From the NCBI RefSeq assembly GCF_009914755.1, contig NC_060931.1: a stretch of DNA of 64,000 nt; one strand, written 5' to 3'. Both the position numbers and the translations under genes were made by a program. The notes beneath the pieces are model-generated. The model worked only from the letters and a program-made list of their open reading frames with translations. It was not told the DNA's origin and did no database searches. The DNA is from the human T2T-CHM13v2.0 reference genome, Homo sapiens. Below, one piece after another: positions 14,546 to 28,400 of this stretch (the stretch's first letter is position 1; every line of letters starts with the position of its first letter).

Positions 14546-15439
14546 AAGGGGAGTTTATTGAGGAGCATTAACTCATACAATCACAAGGTCCCATAATAGG
14601 GCATCTGCAAGCTGAGAAGCAATGATGCCAGTCCAAGTTCCAAAGCTGAAGAATTTGAAGTCTGATGTTTGAGGGCAGGAAGCATCTAGCATGGAGAAAG
14701 ATATAGGCTGGGAGGCTAAGCCAGTCTAGTCTTTTCACATTCTTCCGCCTGCTTTTATTCTGGCCATGCCAGCAGTTGATTGAATTGTGCCCACCCAGAT
14801 TAAGGGTGGGTATGCCCTTCCCACACCACTGACTCAAATGTTAATCTCCTTTAGCAACACCCTCACAGACACACCCAGGACCAATACTTTACATTCTTCA
14901 ATCCAATCAAGTTGACACTCAGTATTAACTATTACAAGTCCACCCCTTATCAACTTGAACCCATACACATCTCCTAAGATCATACATAATCTTCAAATAA
15001 AGACAATAATAAGGTCGTAATTATGCCTAACACAATACAACTATCTTTCACGCAACCAGAAGCACACCAATTCCCAACCCAAATGTTATTACATAAAGTT
15101 AACAACACTTAAATGCTGATATGAAGTCAATAAATATTATGTCACGTTAAAGGAAAAAGGAAATAAAATGAAGATATTTTCTTAGTACAAGTGTATGCAT
15201 GCACAAACATGTTTTTAACAAAAGAAGGAGGAAATACTCATGACAATTACAGTCCTTGTTTCTGCAATTGGTCATGTGGTTGTAGGCTGGTATTGATAAC
15301 TACCTTCTTCTACTACCCATTCTGTATTCCGTTTGCCTTCAGCAAGCACCTCAGCAGGTCATGGTTTTTTCCCTGGTGAAGTGACCCAAACCTTCATTCC
15401 TGAAGGATCTGGACCCTTTGTAGTCCTGCCTGGATTGGA

Positions 15440-15780
15440 CTATTGTAGTTTCCCATTGACCTTCATCACAGGGCATAGTAATACTAAGAGATGCCCTAAA
15501 GCATCTTCTGTATTACACATACACTCTTCCTTACTTCCATTGTGGAGTAGTAGACTGATTTCATCTTGATAGTCCAGATCAGTCACCCCAGCCAACACTG
15601 CAACTCCCTTCTTAGCATGTTGGCTTAAAGGTAAGAGGAGCTCAAAGTGTCCAGGTGGCAATCTTAACTTCTAGTTTAATGGAATTGTTATTGTGTCTCC
15701 TGGTGGCAGCGTTCCTCCCTCCAGAGCTAAGACCTCCAGGCCAGCAGAACATAATGTCATGGGAACAGGAAGCAAAAATT
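15440..15780 (-). pseudogene. HERV-L dUTPase, disrupted
   Basis: PPGHFELLLP..GVAVLAGVTDLDYQDEISLLLHN, downstream of integrase as in ERV-L. Confidence 0.85.
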
Positions 15781-15829
15781 TTGCTAGTGGATCACTAGGG
15801 GTGATGGTGAATGGTGCCATTTCCAATTC

Positions 15830-18700
15830 CACCCCTTAATTCCTGGACCAGTGAAACCTGGCTACAGGAGAAACAGTGCCATATATCGGACACTGGTTCA
15901 GAGCATACACAGCCTTCTGGAGAACTTTGCCCCAGCCCTGCAATGTATTGTCACCTAGTTGGTGTTGTAATTGTGACCTCAAAAGGCCACTCAACAGTTC
16001 TTTCAATCCACCTGCTTCTGGATGATGAGGAGCATGGTAAGACCAGTGAATTCCATGGGCATGAGCCCACTGCCACACTTCCTTAGCCATAAAGTGAGTG
16101 TCTTGGTCATAGGCAATGCTGTGTGAAATACTATGAGGGTGGATAAGACATTCTGTGAGTCCATGGATGGTAGTCTTGGCTGAAGTACTACATGCAGGAT
16201 AGGAAAACCCATATCCGGAGTAAGTGTCTATTCCAGTGAGGACAAACCTCTGCCCTTTCCATGAGGGAAGTGGTCCAATATAACCAACCTGCCACCACCA
16301 GGTAGCTGGCTGATCGCCCCTAGAAATGGTGCCATATGGAGGGCTCAGTGTTGCTCTCTGCTGTGGCAAATTGGGCACTCAGCAGTGGCTGTAGCCAGGT
16401 CAGCCTTGGTGAGTGGAAGTCCAGGTTGCTGAGCTCACATGAAACCTCCATCTCTGCTACCATGGCCACTTTGTTCATGGGTCCTTTTGGTGACGACAGT
16501 GGTGGCTGGGGAAAGAGGCTGAGTGGTGTCCACAGAATGAGTCATTCTATCCATTTGATTAGTAAACACTCCTGCTGAGGTCACCCTTGGTGAGCACTCA
16601 CATGAAATATAAATATCTTCACAGTTTTTGACTACTCAGAGAGGTCCACCCACATACCTCTTCCCCAAATTTCTTTGTCACCAATTTTCCAATTATACTT
16701 CCAAGTCTCTGACCATCCAGCCAAACCACTGGCTACAGGCCATGAATCAGTATATAATCACACATCTGGCCATTTCTCCTTCCATGCAAAGTGCACAACG
16801 AGATGCATTGCTCAAAGTTCTGCCCACTGGGAAGATTTCCCTTCACTGCTGTCCTTAAGGGATGTCCTAGAAAGGGGTTGCAGTGCTGCAGCTGTCCACT
16901 TTGGGGTGGTGCCTGCATATCATGCAGAACCATCTGTGAACCAGGCTGTAGCCTTCTCTTCTGTAAACTGATCATAGGAAACTCCCCAAGATGCCATTGG
17001 TGCAGACTGTGGGAGAGAAGGCAAGGTGTCAGGAGTGGAGATCATGGGCATTTGAGCCACTTTCTCGTGTAACTTACTTGTGCCTTCAGGACCTGCTCGA
17101 GCCCAGTCAGGTATATTCACTTCCATCCGATGATGGAATGCTGCTGTTCACGACCCACTTTATGGCTAGATGGGTCAGAAAGCACCCAGTTCATGATAGG
17201 CAGTTCAGGTCACATGGTGGCTTGATGACTCATAGTCAAATGTTCAGTTTTCATCAAAGCCCAGTAACAGGCCAAGGTCTGTCTCTCAAAAGAAGAGTAG
17301 TTATCTGCAGAAGATGGCAGAGCCTGGCTCCAAAATCCTAGAGCACTGTAATAAACCTATGGGGGCCTGCCAGAGGCTCCAAACAGCATCCCTGTTTGCC
17401 ACTGACACGTGAAGAACCATTAGATCTGCTGGGTCATATGGCCCAAGTGGCAGAGCAGCTTTCACAGCAGCCTGGACCTGTTGAAGAGCCTTCTCCTCTT
17501 CTGGACCCTACTAAAAACTGGCAGCCTTCCAGGTCACTCAATAAATGGGCCAGAGTAACACACCAAAATGAGGAATGTGTTGCCTCCAAAATCCAAATAG
17601 GCCCACTAGGTATTGTCCCTCTTTCTTGGTTGTAAGAAGGGCCAAATGCAGCAACTTATCATTCACCTTAGAAGGAATATCTTGACCGGCCCCACACCAC
17701 TGAAACCCTAGAAATTTTACTGAGGTAGAAGGTCCCTAAATGTTAATCAGATTTATGGATTTATTTCCCATTCTCTGGCCCACAGATGTCTCACCAATAA
17801 GTTCAGTGTATTTGCTACTTCTTGCTCACTGGATCCAATCAGCATAATGTCATCAGTGTAATGTGGTATCTTATGGAAGCAAAAAGTGATCAAGATTATG
17901 ACACAAAACTGGAGAGTTGATATACCCCTGAGGTAGGACAGTAAAGGTGTATTGCTGGCCTTGCCAGCTGAAGGCAAATTGCTTCTGGTGGGCCTTATGG
18001 ACAGGAATGGAAAAAAAGGCATTTGCCAAATCAATGGCTGCATACCAGGTACCAGGAGATGTGTTAATTTGCTCAAGCAATTAAACCACATCTGGTACAG
18101 CAATTGCACTTGAAGTTATGACTTGGTTAAGCTTATGATAATCCACTGTCATTCTCCAAGATCCATATGTCTTCTTCACAGGCCAAATAGGAGAGTTGAA
18201 TGGGTATGTGGTGGGAATCAACACCCCTGTGTCTTTCAAGTCCTTGATGGTGGCACTAATCTCCACAATCCCTCCAGGACTGTGATAATGTTTTTGATTT
18301 ACTATTTTTTTTAGGTAGAGGTAGCTCTAATGGTTTCCATTTGGCCTTTCCCACCATGGTAGCCCTCACTCTACCAATCAGGGAGCCAATTTGGGGGTTC
18401 TGCCAGCTGCTAAGTATGTCTATGCCAATTATGCATTCTGGCACTGGGGAAATGACCACAGGATGAGTCCAGGGACCCACTGGACCCACTGCAAGTCAGA
18501 CCTGAGCAAAACACCATGATTATCTGACCTCTGTAAACCCCTACTTTAACTGGAGGACCACAATGACGTTTTGGGTCCCCTGGAATCAATGTCAGCTCAG
18601 AGCCAGTGTCCAGTAGTCCCTGAAATGTCTTGTCATTTCCCTTTACCCAGTGCACAGCTACCCTGGTAAAATGCTAGAGGTCTCCTTGGGAAAGGATGGG
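15830..18700 (-). pseudogene. HERV-L pro-pol, disrupted
   Basis: Protease LLDTGSE; [22 protein letters not shown] and YTDD (17849-17860); RNase H AWFTDGSA; integrase GPLP..GIDTYSG..HHPEA. Split across frames. Confidence 0.92.
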
Positions 18701-18779
18701 AGAAAGATTAACAGCATAAATTATCAGTAGCGTGTAGGGGTCCTTCCTCAAGGGGACTCAGCCTCCCTTTCATTCGAGG

Positions 18780-20490
18780 GATTCTGGGTCTGTAAACTGG
18801 CTCGTCTGGAAATTGATTGAAGGGTCATTATGTTCTACTTTTATAATTCAAATTAGTCTTTTGTCCACTCAACCTGGAAGTTTTCTGCTTATATAAATTA
18901 AGTAGGAATGCAGTAGGCTTCCTATCAATTTCACTTCTAGGAACACTACAATTAATTAGCCAATGCCAGAGCTCTACACGAGTCAGACTATTCTGATTAC
19001 TGCTTTGCCTCTGCTGTCTATTACAGTAGCTATGCCTACCTTACCTTTGATGGTTGAGTACCTCCACTTGGGAGTTGCCAACTTGGGATCCAATTATTCC
19101 CATTGCATGTAAATTTTGTAGTTGAGTGACTGTGGTTCCCACTGTTAGATCTGGAATGCAGAGAAGAGCAATCACAGAGCCCTTCAAAGATGCAGGTGCT
19201 TCCCTCACAAATCTATTTCACAAAGCACAGTTCAAGGTTGCATCTTCTGGACCCTCCCAGCTGGGATGAGTAGGTCTAAAGTGACTAATCCACTCTAGCA
19301 TCCCAATCTCCCTAAGCCTTTGGATTCCTTCCTCTACATAAACCAAGGAAAATCAGGCATTTCCAGCTTGCTTACAGTAGGCCATCTTTTAATCCATATT
19401 TCAGCTAACCAAACAAATAAACTATTAGAACCTTTTTTTAACTTCCTGAGCTACAACATTAAATGCAGAATCCCTACTTAGAGGACCCAAATCTATAAAT
19501 TCAGCCTGATCCAACTCTATGTTCCTTCCACCATTATCCCACACCCTTAATATCCATTCCCATGTCTGTTCTCCAGATTTCTGCTTATATAAATCAGAAA
19601 ACTCAAGCAGTTCTTCTCAAGTGTAGTCCACCTCCTCATGGCTCATACTCTGAACCTCAACTCTAGAAACCCACTAGGACTTTAGTCAAGTTATAGGTCT
19701 AGAAGAAAACAGAGGTGTTGGGGGTGGCTCCTGAGGAGAATCAACATTATCTTGCCTGGCAACTGCATCAGGGGAGGACATCATTGTTGTCTCAGGCAGC
19801 ACAGGGTTTATCTCCTCAGGCAAAGGTGGAAAGGCTGATGGCAGCATGGGTCAGGGAGGGGATGTTGCCACTACTGGGGATGGAGAAGCTGCTTCTTCTG
19901 GCTAAAAGTTTCATCAGAGTTTACAAGCTCAGTGTACCCAGCTTCATCAGGGTCCTTCCATATATTGATCGCAAGTTGCATGGTTCTATTCTTTTTCAAT
20001 CAATACCCTCACTTTAACAGTAGACACCTGGTGAGGCTGTGCATGCATCTTTCATTGCAGGTCAGCCACTAGTATAATAAGAGCTTGTGTCTGATTTTCC
20101 ACAATTTCAGCTCTTTCTCTACAGGAGATAAGACTCTCACTCAGGGCAAGATTAGCAGATTTGAGGCTCAGTATCTGCTTCTGAAACTGGGAGTTAGAAT
20201 CCCTGAGTTCATCATTTTCTTTCATCACCTCGTCCAGTGAATTTTGAAGCAACCAACCAACCAATGTCATTGTGTTCCTTGGTTCTCCACATATAGTCAA
20301 AGGTATTATGTGTAGAGTCACTAAACTCCTTGCCTCTCACGAGTGGTGAATCAGGTGTGTCAAATGAATTTATTTTGCATAACTCTTTAAACAGTCCACA
20401 CCAAAGACTACCAGTGTTCTCCACACTATTAGAATTAGAGTCCTTAGCATTTTTAGGTCTAATCATATTAAGAAGCCAACTCCAGAAACG
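18780..20490 (-). pseudogene. HERV-L gag, disrupted
   Basis: FWSWLLNMIRPKNAKDS N-terminus and the coiled-coil-like segment EVMKENDELRDSNSQ; several stops and frameshifts. Confidence 0.8.
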
Positions 20491-20606
20491 CCAAAACCAA
20501 CAAAAGAACTCCATCCTTAATAATCTGTTCCTCTAGAAAGACTCTTGATACCAAAATCTGTATTTAATCATGGTTCTCTAGACGGACAGAACTAATAGAA
20601 AAAAAA

Positions 20607-20642
<36 letters not shown>

Positions 20643-22984
20643 TAATTAAGGAGTATTAACTCACAATCACAAGGTCCTATGATAGGCTGTCTGCAAGCTG
20701 AGGATCAATGAAGCCAATCCGAGTCCCAAAGCTGAAGAACTTGGAGTCTGATATTTGAAGGCAGGAAGCATCCGGCACGGAGAAAGATGTAGGCTAGGAG
20801 GCTAAGCCATTCTAGTCTTTTCATGTTCTTCTGCCTGCTTTTATTCTGGCCATTCTAGCAGCTGATTAGATTGTGCCCACCCAGATTAAGAGTGGGTCTG
20901 CCTTTCCCCGTCCACCAACTCAAGTGTTAATCTCCTTTGGCAACACCCTCACAGACACACCCAGAATCAATACTTTGCATTCTTCAAACCAATCAAATTG
21001 ACACTCAGTATTAATCCTCACAATATTCTTCACAGGAATAAAAAAAACTATCCTAAATTTCATATTGAACCACAAAAGACCCAGAATAGCCATATCTATC
21101 CTAAGCAAAAAGGACAAAACCAGAGGAATCACATTACTGACTTCATATTATACTAGTTATGGTAATAAAACAGCATGGTACTGGCATAAAAACAGACACA
21201 TAGACCAATGGAACAGAACAGAGAACTCAGAAGCAAATCCACACACCTACAGTGAACTCATTTTTCGACAAATGTGCCAAGAACACACACTGAGGAAAAG
21301 ACAGTCTCTTCAATAAGTGGTGCTGGAAAAACTGGATATCCATATAAAAAAGAATGAAACTGGACCTGTATCTCTCACCAATACAAAAGTCAAATCAAAT
21401 GGATTAAAGACTTAAATCTAAAGCTTCAAACTGTGAATCTACTACAAGAAAACATTGGGGAAAATCTCCAGGAGATTAGTCTGGGCAAGGATTTGTTGAG
21501 TATTATCCCACAAGCGCAGGTAACCAAAGCAAAAATTGACAAATGGGATCACATCAAGTTAAAAAAGCTTCTGCACAACAAACAAAACAATCAACAAAGT
21601 GAAAAGACAAACTATTTCTCACAAAATAGAATGTGAGAAAATATTTGCAAACTATCCATCTGACAAGGGATTAATAACCAGAATATGTAAGGAGCTGAAA
21701 CAACTCAACAGGAAAAACATCTAATAGTATAATTAAAAATGGGCAAAAGATTTAAATAGACATTTCTCAAAGGAAGATATACAAATGGCAAACAGGCATA
21801 TGAAAAGATGCTCAATGTCACTGATCATCAGAGGAATGCAAATCAAAACTACAATGAGATATAATTTCATTCCAATTAAAATTGCTTATATTCAAAAGGC
21901 AGGCAGTAACAAATGCTGGCAAGGATGTGAAGAAAAGGGAACCCTTGTACACTATTGGCGGGAATATAAATTAGTACAACCACTATGGAGAACAGTTTGG
22001 AGATTCCCCTAAAAACAAAAAATAGGACAACCATATGATTCAGCAATCCCACTATTGGGTTCATTCCCCAAAGAAAGCAAATCAGTATATCAAAGAGATA
22101 TCTGCACTCCCATACTTACAATCGCCAAGATTTGGAAGCAACCAAAGTGTTCATCAACAGATGAATGAATGAAGAAAATGTACATATACACAATAGAGTA
22201 CTATTCAATCATAAGAAAGAATGTCATTCAGTAATTTGCAACAACATGGATGGAACTGGAGATCATTATGCCAAGTGAAATAAGCCAGGCACAGACAGAA
22301 AAGCATCGTATGTCATGTTCTCACTTATTTGTGGGATCTAAAATTCAAAACAATTGAACTCATGGACATAGATAGTGGAAGGATGGTTACCAGATACTGG
22401 GAAGGGTAGTGTGGGGCGGGGGCTGAAAGGGAAGTGGGAATGGCTAATGGGTACAAAAATATATAGAAAGAATGAATAAGACATACCATTTGACAGCACA
22501 ATAGAGTGACTATAGTCAATAATAACTTAATCATACATTTTCAAATAACTTAAAGAGTATAATTGGATGGTTTATAACTTAAAGGATAAATGCCTAGGGG
22601 ATGGATAACCCATTCCCCATGATGTGCTTATTTCACATCGCATGCCTATATCAAAACATCTGATGTACCCCATAAATATATGCATGTACTCTATACCCAC
22701 AAAAATTGAAAATTAAGATTTAAAAATGTAATGAAATGCTTTATTTTATTTTTCTGGAAAATGTGATTGTGGCTTTAGGGGGCTAATAAATAATACTCCT
22801 CTCTTTCCTACCCCAATAGATGCAAGAATCTGATAGAGATTAAAGCATGAACATTATTGATAAAAGCTAGAATGGAGGATGTGGCTTAAATATTCAGCCT
22901 CAATAGATTTCCTAACAGTTTGCTCCATATTGAATTTTCCTACAGGCAGTAATGGACAACTGTATGCATTTCCTGTAGAGACAC

Positions 22985-23110
22985 TCATTATTCACTCAAT
23001 AAATATTTATTGAATGTAAACTATGGGCCAGATACTGTTTTAGGTGCTGAGGATTCAACAGTGAACAACTCAAAGTCACTGCACTCAGGGAGTTCACATT
23101 CTAAGTAGTG
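22985..23110 (-). mobile_element. L2 3' end fragment
   Basis: attcactcaataaatatttattgaatg...aggtgctgaggattcaacagtgaacaa, the standard L2 terminus read antisense. Confidence 0.8.
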
Positions 23111-23997
23111 AGGAGATCTTGAGTCTGCTAAGACTTGAGTTTGGCTGCAGATCTAGAGGAAAGTAGAGTTTTGGGGGGTAGGTCCTGAAGAAGATCAGCA
23201 ATATCTTGGAAGGCAACTACCTCAGGGGAAACCATTGCAGGTGTTTTAGGCAAAGCGAGACTAACTTCCTGAGGAAGAGATGGTAGGGCTCTTTCTTCTG
23301 GTGAAAAAGGCTTGGTGTAATTTATAGGTTCAAGACACCAGCTTCGTCACAATCTGCCCATATGTCTTGATTCCAGTTTCTGAGAATGCCATTCCTTCCA
23401 ATCAATGCCGTAACTTTAACAAAGGGGCCCTGTGTGGTTGGGCATTCAGTTGACATTGTAATTCAGCCACTCACAAGGTGAGAATGTTTTTTCTTTCATT
23501 TTCATAAACTTCAGTCCTGTGCCTACAGAAGATAATGGTTTCAGAGTAAACATAGAAGATTCCAGGTCCCTTGTGAGAATGTTGAGCTAAGAATTTAAAG
23601 CCCTGAGCTTATAATTTTCTTTCCCTAAGTTCTCAGGTATTGTTAGAAGCAACCAACCAACTCTATCTTGCTCATTTTCACTAAAATATTCTATTGGTAG
23701 CAAATACTTGAAAACCTGAAATGCCTTTTATAAGCATTTGATTGCAGGTATCTAAAGGAGATAATTTGAGTAACTTTTTTGGCCATGAACTACCACATGC
23801 CATGAACTACTAGTGCTCCCTTTACCACTGGAGACATGGTCATTAGTGCCTTTAAATCTAATCAGATCAGAGGGCCAATGCTAGAAAACCCAAATCCAAT
23901 TCAGATAACTCATCCTTGAGATTCTGTTCTCTGGAACCACTCTCAGTATGCAATTCTGTTATCAGGATTCAGTCAGAGAAGCAGACCCACTAGGAGG

Positions 23998-24085
23998 TGT
24001 GTATCTATATATACATCTACCTATGTATCTATTTATCTGTCTGTTTGAATATCTATCTATCTATCTATCTATCTATGTATTTATC
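23998..24085. repeat. (TCTA)n-rich microsatellite
   Basis: Seen directly, inside the MLT2 LTR. Confidence 0.9.
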
Positions 24086-24113
24086 AAGACACTTGTTACA
24101 GGAATTTGATCTT

Positions 24114-24433
<320 letters not shown>

Positions 24434-24849
24434 TAATTGTGGGAGCAGCCACACACAGTCTGAGTCAGATTGTTGTCTTCATATCTGAAGCTGGAATATG
24501 AAGTCCGCAAGACAGTCACTAGGGAAGGGACGGTAAATGTAAATGGGGGCAAAAAAGATTAAGCTGGACCCCAAAGCACAAGATGGAACCCATGAGAAAG
24601 GACTAAAACTCTTGACAGTTCCTGTTGCTTCTGACTACAGTAATATAGATGTTTGGAAGATGTGTTCTGAACATACACAGCCGCATACAAGTTTAAAATC
24701 TAAAGGAAGATACAAAGGAAGGGGAGCAGTTGCAGGCCCAGCAACTATGAAGATGAGCTAGCCAGTGAAACCACATGTGAGCTACAAGGTGGCTGATGTT
24801 CCCCTGCATTCTTACTAGAATAGAAACTTACTCTGATAGAGATCTTCCT

Positions 24850-26810
24850 TCCTTTCTGCAATGTTTCTGTCAAAACTACAATTCATGGATTTCCTGTATT
24901 CTACCCAGCATCATCTCTGACCACACAGTATCACAACAAGGCAAGGAATTTATTTCATAGCAAATGGAAGTATAGCAATTAACTCATGCTTATGGAATTC
25001 ATGAAACTTACAGTGTTCTCCTTTATTCTGAAGCACTTGACTTGTTAGAATGGTAAAATGATCTTTTGAAGACTCAGTTACTGTGTGAGCTAAGTGACAT
25101 ATTGTAAGCTCTTTTCTCCAGCATTCAGTAGCACCCTAAATCAACAACCATTATATGGTGCTGTTTCGCTCATAGACAGAATTTATAGGTCCAAGAATCA
25201 AGAGGTGAAAATGGAACTGTCTCCTCTCACTAATGGCCTTAGTGATCCATGAGCAAAACTTTTGCTTTTCCCCCGTGACTTTAGGTTTAGCTGGCCTAGA
25301 GGTCTTTGTTCCAAAGGATGTAATGCCCCTACTAGGAGATAAAACAATCCATTAAACTGGGAGTTGAGACTGGCTCTCAACACTTTCAGCTCTGCATGAC
25401 ACTGAATCAACAGGTGAAAGAGGGGGTGACTGAACTGCTAAAAGTCAGTTTCTGACTGGTGAAAATAGAGGAATTGAGGTTACTTTATATAATGAGACAA
25501 ATAGGAAGTTTGTTGGAATACAGAAGATGCTCTGGGACACCTCTTAGTACATTCCTGAGAGCAAAGTCCATGGAAAACTGCAACAATCCAATTTAAACAG
25601 AACTGCTAAAAACTCAGACCCCTCAAGAGTAAAAGTTAGGACCACCTCACCCAGGAAAAACATCATGACCAGTTGAGGGACTTGGTTAGGGCAAAGGAAA
25701 TAGAGAAAGGACCATGGAAGAAGGTATGGAAATACCTGAGACTGGGTTATGTATAAGAAAAGAGGCTTAATCAGCTCATGGTTCTGTAGGCTGTTCAGGA
25801 AGCATAATGCTGGCATCTGCTCAGCTTCTAGAGAGGCCTAAGGAAGCTTACAATTTATTACTATAAATATTGGCTATGCTATGTGACCAGTTGTAGAAAT
25901 AAGGACTGTCATAGTTATGAATTTTTTATTTTTATACAAATATTTTTGTTTTATTGCTCCTTTAATCCTTTATAATTTAACGTAAGACATGTTAATAGTG
26001 GTTGTCTGTATTTAAGTTACAGGATATCAAAGTGGAGTGTGAACCAGCCAGGAGGAGAACGAATAACACCCAAAGACAAAAAAGGACTTGTTGTCTTTTC
26101 TGGGGAAAGGGTTAGTGTGCTTTTCAGTTGCATGTGAGATAGTTGTAGCATAGTAGGAAGACATATGACTTTGTTATTGTTATTTCATATGAAGTATGGT
26201 TTAAGGAGATATGTATAGATGCCAAGTTAGCAAGAATTGGACCGTGGTATCTTGTCAACTTGACTAGGTTGAATTACATTTTTCAGAATTCTATTTCATG
26301 TAAGTTTTCCATTAGGGAGGGTCAGGAGAAAGACCTTCTTTTAAAAGACTATGGGGCAGAATGATATATTTAAATATCTACATGTAGGTAGATAGGTAGA
26401 TAGATAAACATACAGACAGAAATATCTCTGTCTTTGTTCAGATAGAATAGATATCTGAACAGAGATAGTTCAGATAGTTCACATATCTGAACAGAGATAG
26501 AGATATCTCTGAATATATCCACATATAGATATATTTATATCTATCTTCCCTTTCTAACTACCAGAGCTATGAACTCAAGATTTAGTATAAATGTGATGAA
26601 AACAGTCTTACAGAAACTGCCTAACCAGATCAGCTCCACAATTGTTCTATACAGTCAAATCCCTACAATAAATCATTTTACAAATCTTTCTTTTTTTGTA
26701 GATTTTACAAAATCGTACAACAAATCTTTAGATTTATAGATCCTACAACAAATCCTTTTAGATCTATAGATCTTGTAGTGGTTTTGCTTCTCTAATTGAA
26801 CCCTGATATA
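24850..26810 (+). mobile_element. Old ERVL 3' part: integrase C-terminus/dUTPase region plus MLT2F-like LTR (~26243-26810)
   Basis: Reverse-complement homologue of HERV-L 15000-16170 (atatggtgctgtttc, agtgatcc, ccattaaactgg); LTR start tgtcaacttgactagg and end tgcttctctaattgaaccctga. Confidence 0.75.
25728..25854 (-). mobile_element. 127-bp internal fragment of an MSTB-type LTR
   Basis: Ungapped match to 27630-27756; no LTR termini. Confidence 0.8.
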
Positions 26811-26814
26811 ATGT

Positions 26815-28400
26815 ATTCCAAATGCGGAGCCAATAGAATTTGCTAACATATTGGATTTAGGGTACAAGAGAAAGAAAGAGGTCAAAAATGACTTCAAGGT
26901 GTCATTTGGAAACCAGAAACTAGAAGACTGAGAAACCAGAGAGTGAGAGGGCTGAAATTGAATGGGTCTAAGGGAGAAAATTAAAAATGTGTAGCAATGT
27001 TATATTTAAAATACCTACTAGACATCTAGATGGGGGTGTCAGGTAAGCACCTGGGTTTACAAGTCTAGAGGCTTCAGTGAAGAGCACTTAACTAAAGAAA
27101 AAATGGGAAGTCACCCCAATATCATAGATAATGCTAAGGTTGTGGAAATGGATGTGGGCACCTAGGAAGTGAATATAGAAAAAGAAAGAAAATAATCTAA
27201 GAATGAAAAAATGAAAGAAGAAAAAGAATTAGAAAAATGAATAGGATTCATCAGAGATTAAGAAGGAGTAGCCAATACGGTAGATAAAACGGTACCTAGC
27301 TATGTCAAATGTTCCTGATAGATGAAGACTAAAAATATAACATTGAATTTAGCAATGGAGAGGTCACTTCTGACTTTGAGTGGAACAACTTTAAGTAGAG
27401 TGATGGAGGCGAAAGCTTAACTAGAGCTGACTCATTAGAAAATGAGAGGAGAGGAAAGTGGAGACTAAAAATGCAGTCCACTTTTCTCAGAAATTCTAGT
27501 GTCAAGAGTAGCAGGGAAACGGTAGAAGCTGGTGGGAGATATGGGATATAAAACACCTATATTTTTAGGTGGGAAATGTTACAGTATGTTTATATGCTGA
27601 TGTATCAGGCCGTTCTTGCATTGCTATAAGGAAATAACTGAGACAGGGTTATTTATAAGAAAAGGGGTTTAATCAGCTTATGGTTCTGCAGACTGTACAG
27701 GAAGCATAGTACTGTCATCTCCTAAGTTTCTAAGGAGGCCTCAGGAAGCTTACAATCATGGCAGAAGATGAAGGGAGACCAGGCACATCACACAGCAAAA
27801 GGAGGAGCAAGTGAGAGAGCCAGTGGGTCAAGAGAGGTGCCACACACTTTTAAATGACCAGACCTCCTGAGAGTTCACTATCACAAGAACAGCACAAAAA
27901 GGATGGTGCTAAACCATTCATGAGAAATCTGCCCCTGTGACCACCTCCGGCTGGCCCCACTTCCAACACTGGGGATTACAATTCAACATGAAATGTGGGC
28001 AGGGATGAATGTACAAAGTATATCAGCTGATATAAATGATTAAGTAGATCAATAAAAGAAATTAATGATTGGGGAAAACTGCTAAAGCAATGCCCTTGGA
28101 AAGATGAATGGGATCTAGAGCACAAGTAGATAGGTCTTGGATTGGAATGTAGGCTGTTTACGTGTAAATGAAAGAAAGGCAGTTATATGAGTTTAGGTAT
28201 AGATGGATTAGTAGATTTGGTAATGGGAATCTGTGGAAGTTCTTTGCTGATTACTTCTATTTTCTCAGTGAAGAAAGGAACAAGGTGTTCAGCTAATAAC
28301 GTGGTTTGGGAAGGGAGTTTGAAAAGAGAAGATAAAGAAATACTCATCTAGGAGAGTAGGAGTGTGGATGGACTAGAAAAAAGGTAAGATCGCTGGGAAG
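26815..28400 (-). mobile_element. L2 fragments, interrupted by the MSTB LTR
   Basis: gagccaatagaatttgct...gaggtcaaaaatgacttcaagg and ttgaatttagcaatggagaggtcact...tgacttt, typical antisense L2. Confidence 0.7.
27601..28025 (-). mobile_element. MSTB-type MaLR solo LTR
   Basis: TG...CA termini; exact TSD GCTGA at 27596-27600 and 28026-28030. Confidence 0.92.

Larger units (their letters stand above)
14235..21022 (-). mobile_element. HERV-L provirus with MLT2A (MLT2A1-like) LTRs; near full length, no env
   Basis: LTRs at 20559-21022 (5') and 14235-14936 (3'); TSD acatt/atatt; degenerate tRNA-Leu PBS at about 20536-20553; PPT at about 14937-14950; gag-pro-RT-RNaseH-IN-dUTPase order. Confidence 0.95.
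14055..22729 (+). mobile_element. 5'-truncated L1MA1/2-like LINE-1, split by the HERV-L insertion (L1 parts 14055-14234 and 21023-22729)
   Basis: ORF2 sequence continues across the provirus (ataccaacgacatt | atattcttcacag); L1MA-type 3' UTR end; probable TSD aatgaaat(a/g)ct at about 14044 and 22730. Confidence 0.88.

Noticed and set aside
14057-14596. 179-aa ORF with an I/Y-rich tail
   Set aside because: Chance read-through from an L1 fragment into the AT-rich repeat of the LTR.
15440-20514. Possible domesticated ERV-L gag/pol gene (Fv1-like)
   Set aside because: All domains are broken by stops and frameshifts; the longest piece is 180 aa, with no sign of ORF preservation.
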